Below are positions 38,043 to 50,451 of a stretch of 64,000 nt of DNA, piece after piece. The stretch spans positions 28,959 to 92,958 of the forward strand of contig JBCCHT010000051.1 of assembly GCA_039028615.1 (NCBI GenBank). Direction: 5' to 3'. Made by a program: the position numbers and the translations under genes. The notes under the pieces are model-generated. The model made no database searches. It saw only the letters and a program-made list of their open reading frames with translations, and had not been told where the DNA came from. Source of the stretch: Myxococcota bacterium (GTDB taxonomy: Bacteria > Myxococcota_A > Polyangia > Nannocystales > Nannocystaceae). Position 1 is the first letter of the stretch. Each line of letters opens with the position of its first letter.

Positions 38043-39257
38043 ATGATGCCGGAGGTGCCGGAGCGGAAGTCGTGTCCAGAGAAACGAGCCGGGAGGGGCT
38101 CGGTGTCGGTGGCTGCGGCGTTGGTGCTCGTTCTGGTCGGAAGCGGGTGTGGAGACTCGGGTCGGAGTCCGACGACCGAGGCCATCTCCTCGCCCGCACC
38201 CGAACCCAAGGCCGCGACGGCGGATTGCTCGAACGAGCGGTTGATCGAGTCGGGGGAGTACGGGTCCGTCGTGCTGCCCGACCGAGTGTGGTCGCCGTTG
38301 GTCTTCGGAGTCTCGAGCCAGATCGGTGCGTGTGCGGTCCCTCGGTTCGAGCTCTACGACCTGAAGACGCGGGAATTGATCGCGCGGCACGACCTTCCGC
38401 CGCTGCAGACGCCCGATGGTCTGAAGCGATGGGGCATGCAGACGGTCGCGGCGGGGGGACACGTGAAGTTCCTCGCCGGGAACAACGACGCGCTCTTCTT
38501 TCGTCTGACCGACGGCAAGGCCACGGTGGACACCCGGGTGCTGCGCTCGGAGGCCAAGGAGTACGCGTCGCGTTTGTTCACGAGCTCGGGGTCACACCTT
38601 CACGTCACGCCGGACACGGCCTACATCGACCTCAACGATGGCGAGCGTGTTGCGCTCGACCTGGAGTCGCGCGAGGTCACCCTCACCGAGGTCGGACCGC
38701 CCACGGAGCAGGAGCTGGCCGAGCGCCACGGATGCCCCGACTACACCGACACGATCGACAGATTCAAGGGCCGCGGCAGTCGACGTCCCTACGCGGGCGG
38801 CACCCAGGGCATCACGAAGCTACGGCCCGAGCGCATCCACTTCGACGACACCGACCGAGGAACGACGCTGGTCCTGCACGCTGCGACCGAGCGCGGCCGC
38901 CATCCGAAAGACGACCCGCCGGTCCTCATGGCGTCGGCCGACTCGTTTTTCTCGCCGACGATCTTCGTGCCCACCCGATGCGAGCCACCGGGCGTAGACC
39001 GAAAACTCCCCGCCCCCTTGCTCGTGTCGCATGGTTCCAGCCTCGACACGAAGACGGCGACGAGTCGGCTCTCCCGTGTGGCCGACGACGGCGCGACGGT
39101 CTGGACGCTGGACACACCGTTTCCTTTCGTCCATGGCTCCAAGGTTCGGTACTACGGAAGCACCCTATTCGTGTTCGATGTCGTCTCGAAGCACGCGCTG
39201 TGGATCGACATCGATGAGGGCACACTCGTCGCGGAAGCGAAGATGGTGACGCGATGA
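38043..39257 (+). CDS. Hypothetical lipoprotein, paralog 1 of a tandem pair
   Basis: VGSGC lipobox; shares WxPLVF, RFELYDLKTR, PAPLLVSH, WTxDTPF and ALWID with the next gene. Confidence 0.8.
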   Translation: MMPEVPERKSCPEKRAGRGSVSVAAALVLVLVGSGCGDSGRSPTTEAISSPAPEPKAATADCSNERLIESGEYGSVVLPDRVWSPLVFGVSSQIGACAVPRFELYDLKTRELIARHDLPPLQTPDGLKRWGMQTVAAGGHVKFLAGNNDALFFRLTDGKATVDTRVLRSEAKEYASRLFTSSGSHLHVTPDTAYIDLNDGERVALDLESREVTLTEVGPPTEQELAERHGCPDYTDTIDRFKGRGSRRPYAGGTQGITKLRPERIHFDDTDRGTTLVLHAATERGRHPKDDPPVLMASADSFFSPTIFVPTRCEPPGVDRKLPAPLLVSHGSSLDTKTATSRLSRVADDGATVWTLDTPFPFVHGSKVRYYGSTLFVFDVVSKHALWIDIDEGTLVAEAKMVTR

Positions 39258-40444
39258 CCCATACGGACTCGACCGAATCGAAGCCCCAGCTCCTGCCGAT
39301 GACGGGCCGATTGCATCACGCCGCACTCGTGCTCGCGCTGACACTCGGCGGTGGGTGCAATTCTTCGTCCCCGCGCGCGAACGCGGAAACGGCCGAGGCC
39401 TGCTCGGACGCACCATTGCTCGAGACGGGAACGCACGATGGAGCCCAGATACCGAAGCACCCGTGGGACCCGCTGGTCTTCGCGCTCATGGGAACGCCGC
39501 CAGGGTGCTCCGCTCAACGCTTCGAGCTGTACGATCTAAAGACCCGCACGCTCATCGCCCGCCACGAGTTCTCGCCAGTCCCCGATCCTCTGCGCGGGCA
39601 CACGCCGTGGGGTTTCACCGGATTCGAAGGCGGGCACGCGGTCCTCCACATCAAGCCCGCGAAGCGCGAGCGCACCGACGTGGTGTTGCTGCGCCTCGAG
39701 GACGGCGCCCAGGCGCTCGACACTCGGACCTTGCGAACCGAGGCCACCGCGTATCGAGATCGGTTCTTCACCGACATCATCCGGTACGTCCACCCGACCC
39801 CGGAGACCATCTACATCGAGCTCAACGACGCCAGCACCGTCGCCCTCGCTCCCACCACCACCACGCTGACCTCGACCACGGACCAACCGCCGAACACGGT
39901 CGAGATCGCCCGACGAGCCGGCTGTGGTCGAGGCTACGGCGGCCACATCGACCGCTTCTCGGGACCCGACGGCCGCAGTCGCTCCGCCGGAGGAACCACC
40001 GGCATCCAGCTCCGCCCCGAAGAGATCTACTTCGAAGAGAACAAAAAGAAAGTCCGTCTCGCCATCTACGAAACCGGAGAGCGATACGTCCCACCCGAAC
40101 AGCTCCCCGTGGTGATGAAGACCGAAGCCGTCTTCTTCGACCCCAAGATCTTCAAACCCGCCGAATGTGACTCAGGAGGCCCCGTCAACGGCCACCCCGC
40201 CCCCTTGCTCGTATCCCATCAGACCAATCTCGACCCCAAAGCCGCCACCGCCAAACTCTCGAGGATCACCACCGACGGCAAGACCCTGTGGACGATCGAC
40301 ACCCCCTTCCAACTCGAGGACCCGGTCCAGGTCCGATGGTACGACTCCACCCTCTTCGCCTACCGCCAGTACAAAAACCTAGCCCTATGGATCGACCTCG
40401 ACCAAGGCAAACTCATCCAACAACTCGACCTCACGACCCGCTAG
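39254..40444 (+). CDS. Hypothetical lipoprotein, paralog 2 of a tandem pair
   Basis: LGGGC lipobox; ATGA overlap; collinear similarity to 38043-39257. Confidence 0.8.
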   Translation: MTHTDSTESKPQLLPMTGRLHHAALVLALTLGGGCNSSSPRANAETAEACSDAPLLETGTHDGAQIPKHPWDPLVFALMGTPPGCSAQRFELYDLKTRTLIARHEFSPVPDPLRGHTPWGFTGFEGGHAVLHIKPAKRERTDVVLLRLEDGAQALDTRTLRTEATAYRDRFFTDIIRYVHPTPETIYIELNDASTVALAPTTTTLTSTTDQPPNTVEIARRAGCGRGYGGHIDRFSGPDGRSRSAGGTTGIQLRPEEIYFEENKKKVRLAIYETGERYVPPEQLPVVMKTEAVFFDPKIFKPAECDSGGPVNGHPAPLLVSHQTNLDPKAATAKLSRITTDGKTLWTIDTPFQLEDPVQVRWYDSTLFAYRQYKNLALWIDLDQGKLIQQLDLTTR

Positions 40445-40533
40445 ACCCACCCCCCTCCAGGCGGCCCTGCTAGAAAATTCGCCGCCCTGACTCCAACCAA
40501 GTCACCCCAACGCAAAAGCAGAGCCTGGCAACC

Positions 40534-40640
40534 GTTCGAACGCGAGACCGAGTCACGCGGAGGGCAGAAGCGAAGCCGCGTAGGACGGAGGGCCCTCGGT
40601 CGCGCCGAGGCGAGTCAACAGGCGAACCCTCCGTTCGAAA
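40534..40640 (-). repeat. Internally deleted inverted copy of the repeat element
   Basis: gttcgaacgcgagaccgagtcacgcggagggcagaagcgaagccgcgtaggacggaggg...caacaggcgaaccctccgttcgaaa keeps both ends and lacks the centre. Confidence 0.85.
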
Positions 40641-40697
40641 ACTCGCCACTCTGACTCCAAGCAAGTCACCTCAACGCCAAAGCAGAGCATGACAATC

Positions 40698-40871
40698 GTT
40701 CGAACGGGAGACCGAGTCCCGGGGAGGGCTAAAGCGAAGCCGCGTAGGATGGAGGGGGCCCGGTCGCGCGGAGGCGCCCGTGTACAGCCGTCGCTAAACA
40801 CCCGAGTGAAACGGCCGCCGAGCACGTCCGGGGAGGGTTCCATCCGTCAACAGGCGAGCCGCCCGTTCGAA
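40698..40871 (-). repeat. ~175-bp dispersed repeat element, inverted copy
   Basis: gttcgaacgggagaccgagtcccggggagggctaaagcgaagccgcgtaggatggaggg...aaacaggcgagccgcccgttcgaa. Confidence 0.9.
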
Positions 40872-40905
40872 AACTCCCCAAGATCAACTCAAAGCACCCC
40901 CCCTC

Positions 40906-42114
40906 TCAAGCCACCTCCACCCGCACCAACGAAACAAGCCGAGCAATCGCCTCCTCGACCACCGCCGTCTTCGGATGCCTCACAATCGCATACCCCTCCC
41001 CTTCATAACTGCTCACCTTCGCCTGCCCCGGCTGCGGCAGCTTCGCCTCGACGACCAGATGCCCCAACTCCGCCTGCGCCTGCTCGATCCCATGCAGCCG
41101 CACCACCCGACGCCCTTGCCCCTGCCCCCGAAAGTACGCCGCCGCCACCGCATGAGTCCGCCGCGGCACCTCCCAGTGATCGAGGCAGACCAACTCCGCC
41201 CACCGCCGATACATATCCGTATCGTGCGCCCACCCATTGAGCGACACGATCTGCGCCCCCGGAGGCCGAGCCCCCACCTCGGAGATCGCCACACTCCCAT
41301 CCCGCCGCCGAAACCACTCCATGTGGCTCAACCCGGTATGCATCCCCAAGGCCCTCAGCGCAGCATGGGCAAACGGAGCAATCGCCTCGCTGTCCGCCGT
41401 ATGCTCCTCGCGAGGCAGGATCACCGTCCACTGGATCCACGGGTTTTCCAGCACGGTGAGCGGGCTCGGGTCGTAGCGCGTGTGTGAGTCCCAGATCGGC
41501 GTGCCGCGAATGCTGGCCGTTTCGAAGGACCGCTCTTGGCCCACCACGAACTCTTCGACCATCTCGGGCACGAACGAATCGAGCGCCCGGGCGAGGCCCG
41601 CTTCGCTGGTGATGCGATGAGTCCCCGCCGCGGCCGCGCCGTCGCGAGGTTTGACGATCAGCGGAAAGCCGACCTCGCGAGCAAAGGCCCAGACCTCGGG
41701 CGCAGAGCTGGTCCGCCGATGCCGAGCGCACGGCAGACCGGCCTGGCGCAGGGCGTCCTTCATCAGCGCCTTGTCGCGAAAGCACCGCGCGGCCGCTTCG
41801 CCCATCCCCTCGATGCCGAGCTGATCGCGAACCCGACCGAGCGGAACCTGAAGCTGCTCGAGCGAGCCCACGAGGCGATCGAGCCCCCCCATGTGCGTCC
41901 GCAGGGCGCGGGTCGCCTGGGCGAGCGCGGCGGGATCGAGGGCGTCCTTGACCTGGTAGTGACCGGCCAGTCGCGAGCGCAAGCGCGGCGGGAGCCTGTC
42001 GGCCGGGTCGACGCTCACCACCCCGACGTCGACCCCGGGCAAGCCCGCCACTGCGTCCACGAAACGCAAAGTGGCGTCCATGAAATAAGGAGCAACAAAG
42101 ACAACGCGGGGCAT
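40906..42114 (-). CDS. ATP-grasp domain protein
   Basis: FRDKALMKDALRQAGLP, GFPLIVKP, VEEFVVG, SHMEWF, SEVGARPPG. Confidence 0.9.
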   Translation of the reverse strand: MPRVVFVAPYFMDATLRFVDAVAGLPGVDVGVVSVDPADRLPPRLRSRLAGHYQVKDALDPAALAQATRALRTHMGGLDRLVGSLEQLQVPLGRVRDQLGIEGMGEAAARCFRDKALMKDALRQAGLPCARHRRTSSAPEVWAFAREVGFPLIVKPRDGAAAAGTHRITSEAGLARALDSFVPEMVEEFVVGQERSFETASIRGTPIWDSHTRYDPSPLTVLENPWIQWTVILPREEHTADSEAIAPFAHAALRALGMHTGLSHMEWFRRRDGSVAISEVGARPPGAQIVSLNGWAHDTDMYRRWAELVCLDHWEVPRRTHAVAAAYFRGQGQGRRVVRLHGIEQAQAELGHLVVEAKLPQPGQAKVSSYEGEGYAIVRHPKTAVVEEAIARLVSLVRVEVA

Positions 42115-42130
42115 CGGGGCGCGGAGCCTA

Positions 42131-45061
42131 TCAGGGCGCCGGCCGGTCTCCGAGCGCAGTGACCCATTGTCGGAACTCGGTCACCGAAGGGGCCCCCTTT
42201 TCGCCCACGAAGGGCTCGATCTCGGGCACGAGGGCGAGCGCGGCGTCGCGCTTTCCGACCTCGGCGAGGGCGCGGGCGAGCAGGAAGTCGCGATCCGCCC
42301 GCTGGACGGGCACGCCGAGCTTCTCGTCGGCGATCGGCTGGAGCCGGGCGAGCGCGTCTTCGGCCTTGCCCTCCTGGAGCTCGAGCCGCGCCAGCTCGAT
42401 CTCGGCGGCAATGCTCGATCCGGGAGCTTCGAGCTCGGCGCCCTTTTGCACGACCCAGCCGAGGACCTCGCGAGCCTCCGCGTCCCGCCCCACACGGAGC
42501 AGGCTGGTGCCAAAATGCAGGGCCTTGCGCAGGGTATAGGAGTCGCCGATGTCCTCGATCGCGAACTCGTCGAAGGCCCGATCGTAGTAGGCCATCGCAT
42601 CTTCGTAGCGCCGAAGGTGATAGTAGACCTCGGCCAGGTTCATGCTGACCATGCCCAGCGCGGGGTGATCGGCATCGAGCGCTTCGGTGAGGTGGCGATG
42701 GGACAGCTCGAACTGCGCGGCGGCCTCGTCGTAGCGCTTCATGTTCTTGAGCGCGAGGCCGACGTTGTTGCGCGCCTGGGCGGTCTGGGGGTGGGCCTCG
42801 CCCAGGTGCCGGGTGCGGATCTCCAAGGCGCGCTGGTAGGTCTCGAGCGCGGCGTCCCAGTCGAACTTCGCCAGTCGGGCCGACGCCATCGAGTTGAGCA
42901 CTCGCGCCACGCGAAGCCCCTCGGGGCCGGCATGACGCTCGGCGAGGGTCAGCGCCCGCCCATAGAGCGCGAGCGCTCGATCGTAGTTGTGGTGCCGCAG
43001 CTCGATCTGACCCCGGGCGTAGTCGAGCTCGCCATCGAGGGCTTCGGCGCGGGCGGGGTCTTGCCGCCAGATCCGTTCGATCATGGCGCGAGCGTCCTCG
43101 GCCCGCGTCTGCGCCTCGTCGTAGCGCCGCAGGACATAGCCGAGCAGGTCCACCAGCTGCACCACGCTGCTGGCGGCCAGCGCGTCGTCGCCGGCTCCGA
43201 GCGCCCGTCGCCAGGCCTCCTCCAGGTCGACGACCGCGGCTTCGTACTCGCCCATGCGCATGTGCAGGCCGGCTCGATCCTGCAAGGCACGAGCGATGAG
43301 CGGCGCGTAGTCGGTGGCGATCGCGGCGTGGGTGGCTTCTTTGACCAGGGCCAACCCGGCGTCGTAGCGACCGGAGCGGCCGTGGGCCTGCGCCCGCGCG
43401 AGGTCGCTCTCCACCCGCTGCACCCGCGCCCGCACGGCCGGATCGCTGGGCGGCGGCACCTGAGCCCGCAGGGCCTTGAGGTCCTCGCAGGGCGCCAGCG
43501 GCCGTAGCTCATCGATGGCCTGGACCGCGTGCCGCCGCACCTCGGGCTCGGCGAGCACGAGCACGCCGATGAGTGCATCCAGCTCCTGCCGTCGCTCGTC
43601 GAGACACGCCCCGCGCAGGTCGAGCGCATGACCGGATTGATCGCCCCGGTGGTAGGCCACACACGCATCGCGGTGGCTCCGTGACCACTGTTGCGCGTAC
43701 TCGTCGATGCGGCGCACGGCCAGGGTCGCGGTGTCTTCGGCGTACTGGGTCTGCCCTCGCGACAGCGCGTGGTGGACCTCGGCGCGGGCCTCGGTGGACC
43801 ACAGCTCCTCCATGGCGATCTCTCCCCCTTCGCAGGGATCGGACGGGGCGGAGAGCACGGAGCTGGCCACCGACCCCGCGACGATCGAGGCCGCGCCGAC
43901 GACCCCGAGGGCGATGAGCCCCCGCCGCTTGCGACGAGGTCCGTAGGCCAAGCCCTCGACCAAGGCAGCCATGGAGGGCCAGCGATCCTTGGGCTCGAAC
44001 GACAGGCCGCGCATCACGACGTTGCGCAGCCAACGAGGCACGCTCGCGTCGCTGGTGACCTCGGTGAAGTTGCCGTCGAGGATGTTGGTGCTCAGCTCGG
44101 CGAAGGTCGTACCGCCGAAGGGGCGGACCCCCCACAGGGCCTCGAACAGCGCGACGCAGAAGCTGAACTGGTCGGAGGCGGCCGAGGTCTGTTCGCACAG
44201 GATCTGCTCGGGCGCCATATAGGCCGGGGTTCCCCGCAGTCCCTTGGTGCGCGAGACGGTGGCGTCGAGCAGACCGGACTCGATCACGAAGGGGCTGTCG
44301 GCGGGTCGCGAGCTCCGTCCCGTGTCCTGGCCGCTGGGGCGCGCCAGCCCGAAGTCGGTGACCCGCGGCCGCTCGTCGGCGCCGATCAGCACGTTGTCGG
44401 GCTTGATGTCGCTGTGAATGAGCCCGGCTTCATGCGCGGCGCCCAGGCCCCGACCGATGGCCTGGAACATCTCGAGGATCTTGGCCTGGTCGGGCTTGGC
44501 CCGCGCGAGCCACTGGGTGAGCGTGCCGCCCTCGACGAACTCCATCGAGATGAACACGCGGCCCTCGATCTCCCGCACTTGGTGCACGGTGATGACGTTG
44601 GGGTGAGACAGCCGGGCCATGGCCTGAGCCTCGCGCAGCAATCGTCGCTGCGCTCGCTCCTCGTCGTCCTCTTTGCTCGAGTGACGATCGTGCAGAGCCT
44701 TGAGCGCGACCTTGCGATCGAGGTCGGGGTCGTACGCGGCATACACCACGCCCATGCCCCCGCTGCCGATGAGCTCGAGGATGTAGTAGCGATCGACCCG
44801 CTCGCCCGGGTGCAGGCGCACCTTGGCGCGCATGGGCAGGCTCTCGTCGGCCAGGGTGTCGCTCTCGCTGACGCCGAGCTCGTCGAGCGAGACGTCGGTG
44901 GACCCGCCCGGGTGCTGGGTGGCGAAGATCCTCGCGAGCTCGGCCACCACGCGGCTGCACCCGTCGCAGTCGTCGAGGTGGGACTCGATGGCGCGACGCT
45001 CGGCGGGGTTGAGACCACCGCGACTGAACGCATTGAGCGCCTCGGGCTCGGGGCAAGCCAC
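42131..45061 (-). CDS. Ser/Thr protein kinase with N-terminal zf-HC2-like motif, TM and TPRs
   Basis: HLDDCDGC; IGSGGMGVV, HSDIKPDNV, DFGLA, GTPAYMAPE; LGEAHPQT-type TPRs. Confidence 0.93.
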   Translation of the reverse strand: MACPEPEALNAFSRGGLNPAERRAIESHLDDCDGCSRVVAELARIFATQHPGGSTDVSLDELGVSESDTLADESLPMRAKVRLHPGERVDRYYILELIGSGGMGVVYAAYDPDLDRKVALKALHDRHSSKEDDEERAQRRLLREAQAMARLSHPNVITVHQVREIEGRVFISMEFVEGGTLTQWLARAKPDQAKILEMFQAIGRGLGAAHEAGLIHSDIKPDNVLIGADERPRVTDFGLARPSGQDTGRSSRPADSPFVIESGLLDATVSRTKGLRGTPAYMAPEQILCEQTSAASDQFSFCVALFEALWGVRPFGGTTFAELSTNILDGNFTEVTSDASVPRWLRNVVMRGLSFEPKDRWPSMAALVEGLAYGPRRKRRGLIALGVVGAASIVAGSVASSVLSAPSDPCEGGEIAMEELWSTEARAEVHHALSRGQTQYAEDTATLAVRRIDEYAQQWSRSHRDACVAYHRGDQSGHALDLRGACLDERRQELDALIGVLVLAEPEVRRHAVQAIDELRPLAPCEDLKALRAQVPPPSDPAVRARVQRVESDLARAQAHGRSGRYDAGLALVKEATHAAIATDYAPLIARALQDRAGLHMRMGEYEAAVVDLEEAWRRALGAGDDALAASSVVQLVDLLGYVLRRYDEAQTRAEDARAMIERIWRQDPARAEALDGELDYARGQIELRHHNYDRALALYGRALTLAERHAGPEGLRVARVLNSMASARLAKFDWDAALETYQRALEIRTRHLGEAHPQTAQARNNVGLALKNMKRYDEAAAQFELSHRHLTEALDADHPALGMVSMNLAEVYYHLRRYEDAMAYYDRAFDEFAIEDIGDSYTLRKALHFGTSLLRVGRDAEAREVLGWVVQKGAELEAPGSSIAAEIELARLELQEGKAEDALARLQPIADEKLGVPVQRADRDFLLARALAEVGKRDAALALVPEIEPFVGEKGAPSVTEFRQWVTALGDRPAP

Positions 45062-45138
45062 GCGGGCATCCTGCCATGGCCTACGCGAGACGTCGCGTAG
45101 GGGAGGATCCTACCTCGGGATGAGTCATCATCTGGGTC

Positions 45139-46155
45139 ATGCGGAACCGCAAGTGGGGCATCCTGGCACTGGGCGGCGTGCTCTTCGGGTGTTCTCCCGC
45201 ACCAGCGCAACGCGCCCCGTCGTCCGGCGCGGCCCAAGCTCCCGTTGCGGTGGGCGCCCCGCATGCGTGGCCGCTACACCCGAGCCTCGACCATGCGTCG
45301 GACCTCAGCGGAGTGACCCGTGTCGGCGAACGCATGATCCTGGTGCAGAACCGACCCGCGGCTCCGGGCGGCGCTCAGGTGCACGCGTTCACGCCGACCA
45401 CGAACGGCGAGTGGCAGCTCGATGGCCAGTGGTCCTTGGTGGGGGCGAGCGATCCGTGGATCGATGCCGAAGCGATCACGACTTCGGGGCGCGAGGACAC
45501 GCTGCTGATCCTCGTCGAAGGCGGGCAGGCGATCGCGACGGCGCAGGTCTGGGAGGTCTCGCTGCCGCCGAGCGACGGGGCGTCGACGCGGGCCCGGGTG
45601 CTTCGCCGCTGGTCCTTGTCCCCGGACTATCGCGATGCGGTCGGGGGCAGCGAGGCCCTCACGCGGGTCCCCACGCCGAAGGACATCGAGGGCGCGGCGC
45701 GAGGCATCGCGGTGCTCGTCGGTCACCAAGCCAAGCGTCACCTCGGGCTCTTCGTGCTGCACGACGACCTTGCCGATCCCGATGTGCCCATCGCTCCACG
45801 GCGGGAGATCGGCACCGACTTCGGCGACACTTCGGGCCTGTACTGGGAGCCGGGCTCGCTGTTCGTGTGGCACAACGAAAACTGGGCGTCGTCGCCCTGC
45901 ACGAAAAAAGGCGCCGACGTCAACGTGCTCGAGCACTACCCCTGGAGCGCCGACCACACGCCGAGCGCCCTGCGGGGCGGCGCCCGGTGGAAGCACCCCC
46001 AGCCCGACGACGGGGCGTGCTGGAACCTCGAAGGCATCGCGCTGGGTCCCTGCCACGAGGGCGTGCGGGTGCTGTACCTGGCCAACGACGCCGGCATCCC
46101 CATGGCCGCCCATCGCTACGAGCTGACCGATTTTTGCCCCAACAGCGAGCTGTGA
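45139..46155 (+). CDS. Hypothetical lipoprotein (possible beta-propeller, SdiA-regulated/phytase-like)
   Basis: LFGC lipobox; repeated DLSG, DAEAI, SEAL, DTSGL, NLEGIA blade-like motifs; LYLAND. Confidence 0.65.
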   Translation: MRNRKWGILALGGVLFGCSPAPAQRAPSSGAAQAPVAVGAPHAWPLHPSLDHASDLSGVTRVGERMILVQNRPAAPGGAQVHAFTPTTNGEWQLDGQWSLVGASDPWIDAEAITTSGREDTLLILVEGGQAIATAQVWEVSLPPSDGASTRARVLRRWSLSPDYRDAVGGSEALTRVPTPKDIEGAARGIAVLVGHQAKRHLGLFVLHDDLADPDVPIAPRREIGTDFGDTSGLYWEPGSLFVWHNENWASSPCTKKGADVNVLEHYPWSADHTPSALRGGARWKHPQPDDGACWNLEGIALGPCHEGVRVLYLANDAGIPMAAHRYELTDFCPNSEL

Positions 46156-46221
46156 GCCCCGTCTCCGTGCTCGCGAACGCACTTTCGCCAAGGGGGGTAT
46201 GATTGGCGGGCACGGCGACTG

Positions 46222-48901
<2,680 letters not shown>

Positions 48902-48939
48902 CACGCGGTTGCTGGCCGAGACACCCGGCGTTTGTGCTC

Positions 48940-49809
48940 TCAGACCTTGGGGAGGCCGTCGATCTCGATCGGCTTGCTGCGCTTGCCCATCTTGGCCTGC
49001 CGCTGCATTTGCGACTTCGCGACCTTGGTCTGCAGCTCGGTCAGCTTGCCCAGCAGCGCCTGGTTGGTGTCGTTGAGCGTCTTGAGCAGGGTCTTGCCGA
49101 AGCCCTTGCCCTCGGCCACCGCCGCATACAGATCGTCGAAGACCTTGGCCAGCTGGGTGTCGACGGCGTCGGACTCGAGCTTGTCCGCCTGCGTACGGTT
49201 CTCCGGCTTGACCGCCGCGATCGCGGCCTCGACGTCACCCGAGCCGATCCGCTCGAAGACCCGGGTCATGATCCGCTCGGGCTCCTCGAGCACCTGGTCG
49301 TAGGTCTGGAGCTCGAAGTCGTAGCGACGCAGCGAGATGTCCCGCACCAGGGCGAAGTTCTCCATCCACCACTCGTAGGCGGGCGGGAAGTTGAAGGGCT
49401 CGGGCGGCATCTCGGTCCCCGCGGCGGCTGCCTTCTCGCGGCCTTCCTTCTCCAGCGCGTACAGCCGCTGGATCGAGGCCTCGTACTCACGCCACTCGCG
49501 GACGTTGGCCACCAGCAGGTCGATGTAGGAGCGCTCGGATCGGACGACGCCGGGCACGAACACTTTGACCGCGTAGCCATCGACGTGCTCGGGCAGGAAG
49601 TACTTGCCCGTCTGCGGGTGCGGGTTGGTGCGGTAGTAGATCCCGTTGCGAAGCAGGGTCTCGTAGAAGCCGTCGGGGTTCGCGTCGCGGAGCGGACCGG
49701 TCTCCCAGTTGCGGGGAAATGCCTTGCCCAGGATGGGGATGCCCGCAGCCTGCATCACCTGCATCCACATGGAGGTGCCGCTGCGCTTCGTACCGGAGAC
49801 CAGGATCAT
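48940..49809 (-). CDS. Sulfotransferase-like P-loop protein
   Basis: N-terminal ILVSGTKRSGTSMWMQ (PAPS-binding-loop-like) and NPDGFYE. Confidence 0.65.
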   Translation of the reverse strand: MILVSGTKRSGTSMWMQVMQAAGIPILGKAFPRNWETGPLRDANPDGFYETLLRNGIYYRTNPHPQTGKYFLPEHVDGYAVKVFVPGVVRSERSYIDLLVANVREWREYEASIQRLYALEKEGREKAAAAGTEMPPEPFNFPPAYEWWMENFALVRDISLRRYDFELQTYDQVLEEPERIMTRVFERIGSGDVEAAIAAVKPENRTQADKLESDAVDTQLAKVFDDLYAAVAEGKGFGKTLLKTLNDTNQALLGKLTELQTKVAKSQMQRQAKMGKRSKPIEIDGLPKV

Positions 49810-49839
49810 GTCGTCGCCTATATAGCCCAAAATTGCCGA

Positions 49840-49868
49840 CGGCCGCGTCGAGTGTGTCGACGCGGCCG
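49840..49868 (-). terminator. Intergenic hairpin downstream of the lipoprotein gene
   Basis: cggccgcgtcga-gtgtg-tcgacgcggccg, a perfect 12-bp stem. Confidence 0.5.
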
Positions 49869-49899
49869 CAGCTCGACCACAATGGCCGATTCGGTGGGA

Positions 49900-50451
49900 T
49901 TACTTGGGGCAGGCCTTGTCGAGGGCGGCCTGCTCGTCGGCGCAAGAGTCCTTGCTCATGAACTCCTTGCAGGTCAGCGAGTTGACGCAGGCCAGCACGT
50001 CGGCGAAGGCCGAGAAGCAGTCCTCGCCCGCGGCCGTGTACTCGTCGTACGAAGCGGTGCAGTACATCTCCGCCTCGGCGCCACCCTTGCCGTAGCACTC
50101 CATGTACAGCTCGCCGTAGGCGATGCAGTCCGCGGGGCTCTTGCCACCCTCGGTGGTGTCGTCCTCGCCCTCGGTGGTGTCGTTGACGTCGGTGGTCGCC
50201 GCGTCGTCGGTCGCCGCGTCGTCGGTCGCCGCGTCGTCGGTCGCCGCGTCGGTCGCCGCGTCGTCGGTCGCCGGGGCGTCGTCGGTCGCGGGGGTCTCGG
50301 TGGTCGCGTTGTCGGTCGCCCCGGTGGTCGCGTTGTCGGTCGCCCCGTCGGTATCGTCGTCGCTACCGTCGGTGATGATGCAACCACCCATGGAGATGGG
50401 GGCGGCGGCCAGCAAGAAAAGCAAGTTGTTAATCCGGTTATCGGTATTCAT
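49900..50451 (-). CDS. Cys-rich lipoprotein with Thr/Asp/Ala low-complexity linker
   Basis: MNTDNRINNLLFLLAAAPISMGGC lipobox; (ATDDA)n 15-bp repeats; C-terminal Cys-rich domain. Confidence 0.85.
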   Translation of the reverse strand: MNTDNRINNLLFLLAAAPISMGGCIITDGSDDDTDGATDNATTGATDNATTETPATDDAPATDDAATDAATDDAATDDAATDDAATTDVNDTTEGEDDTTEGGKSPADCIAYGELYMECYGKGGAEAEMYCTASYDEYTAAGEDCFSAFADVLACVNSLTCKEFMSKDSCADEQAALDKACPK

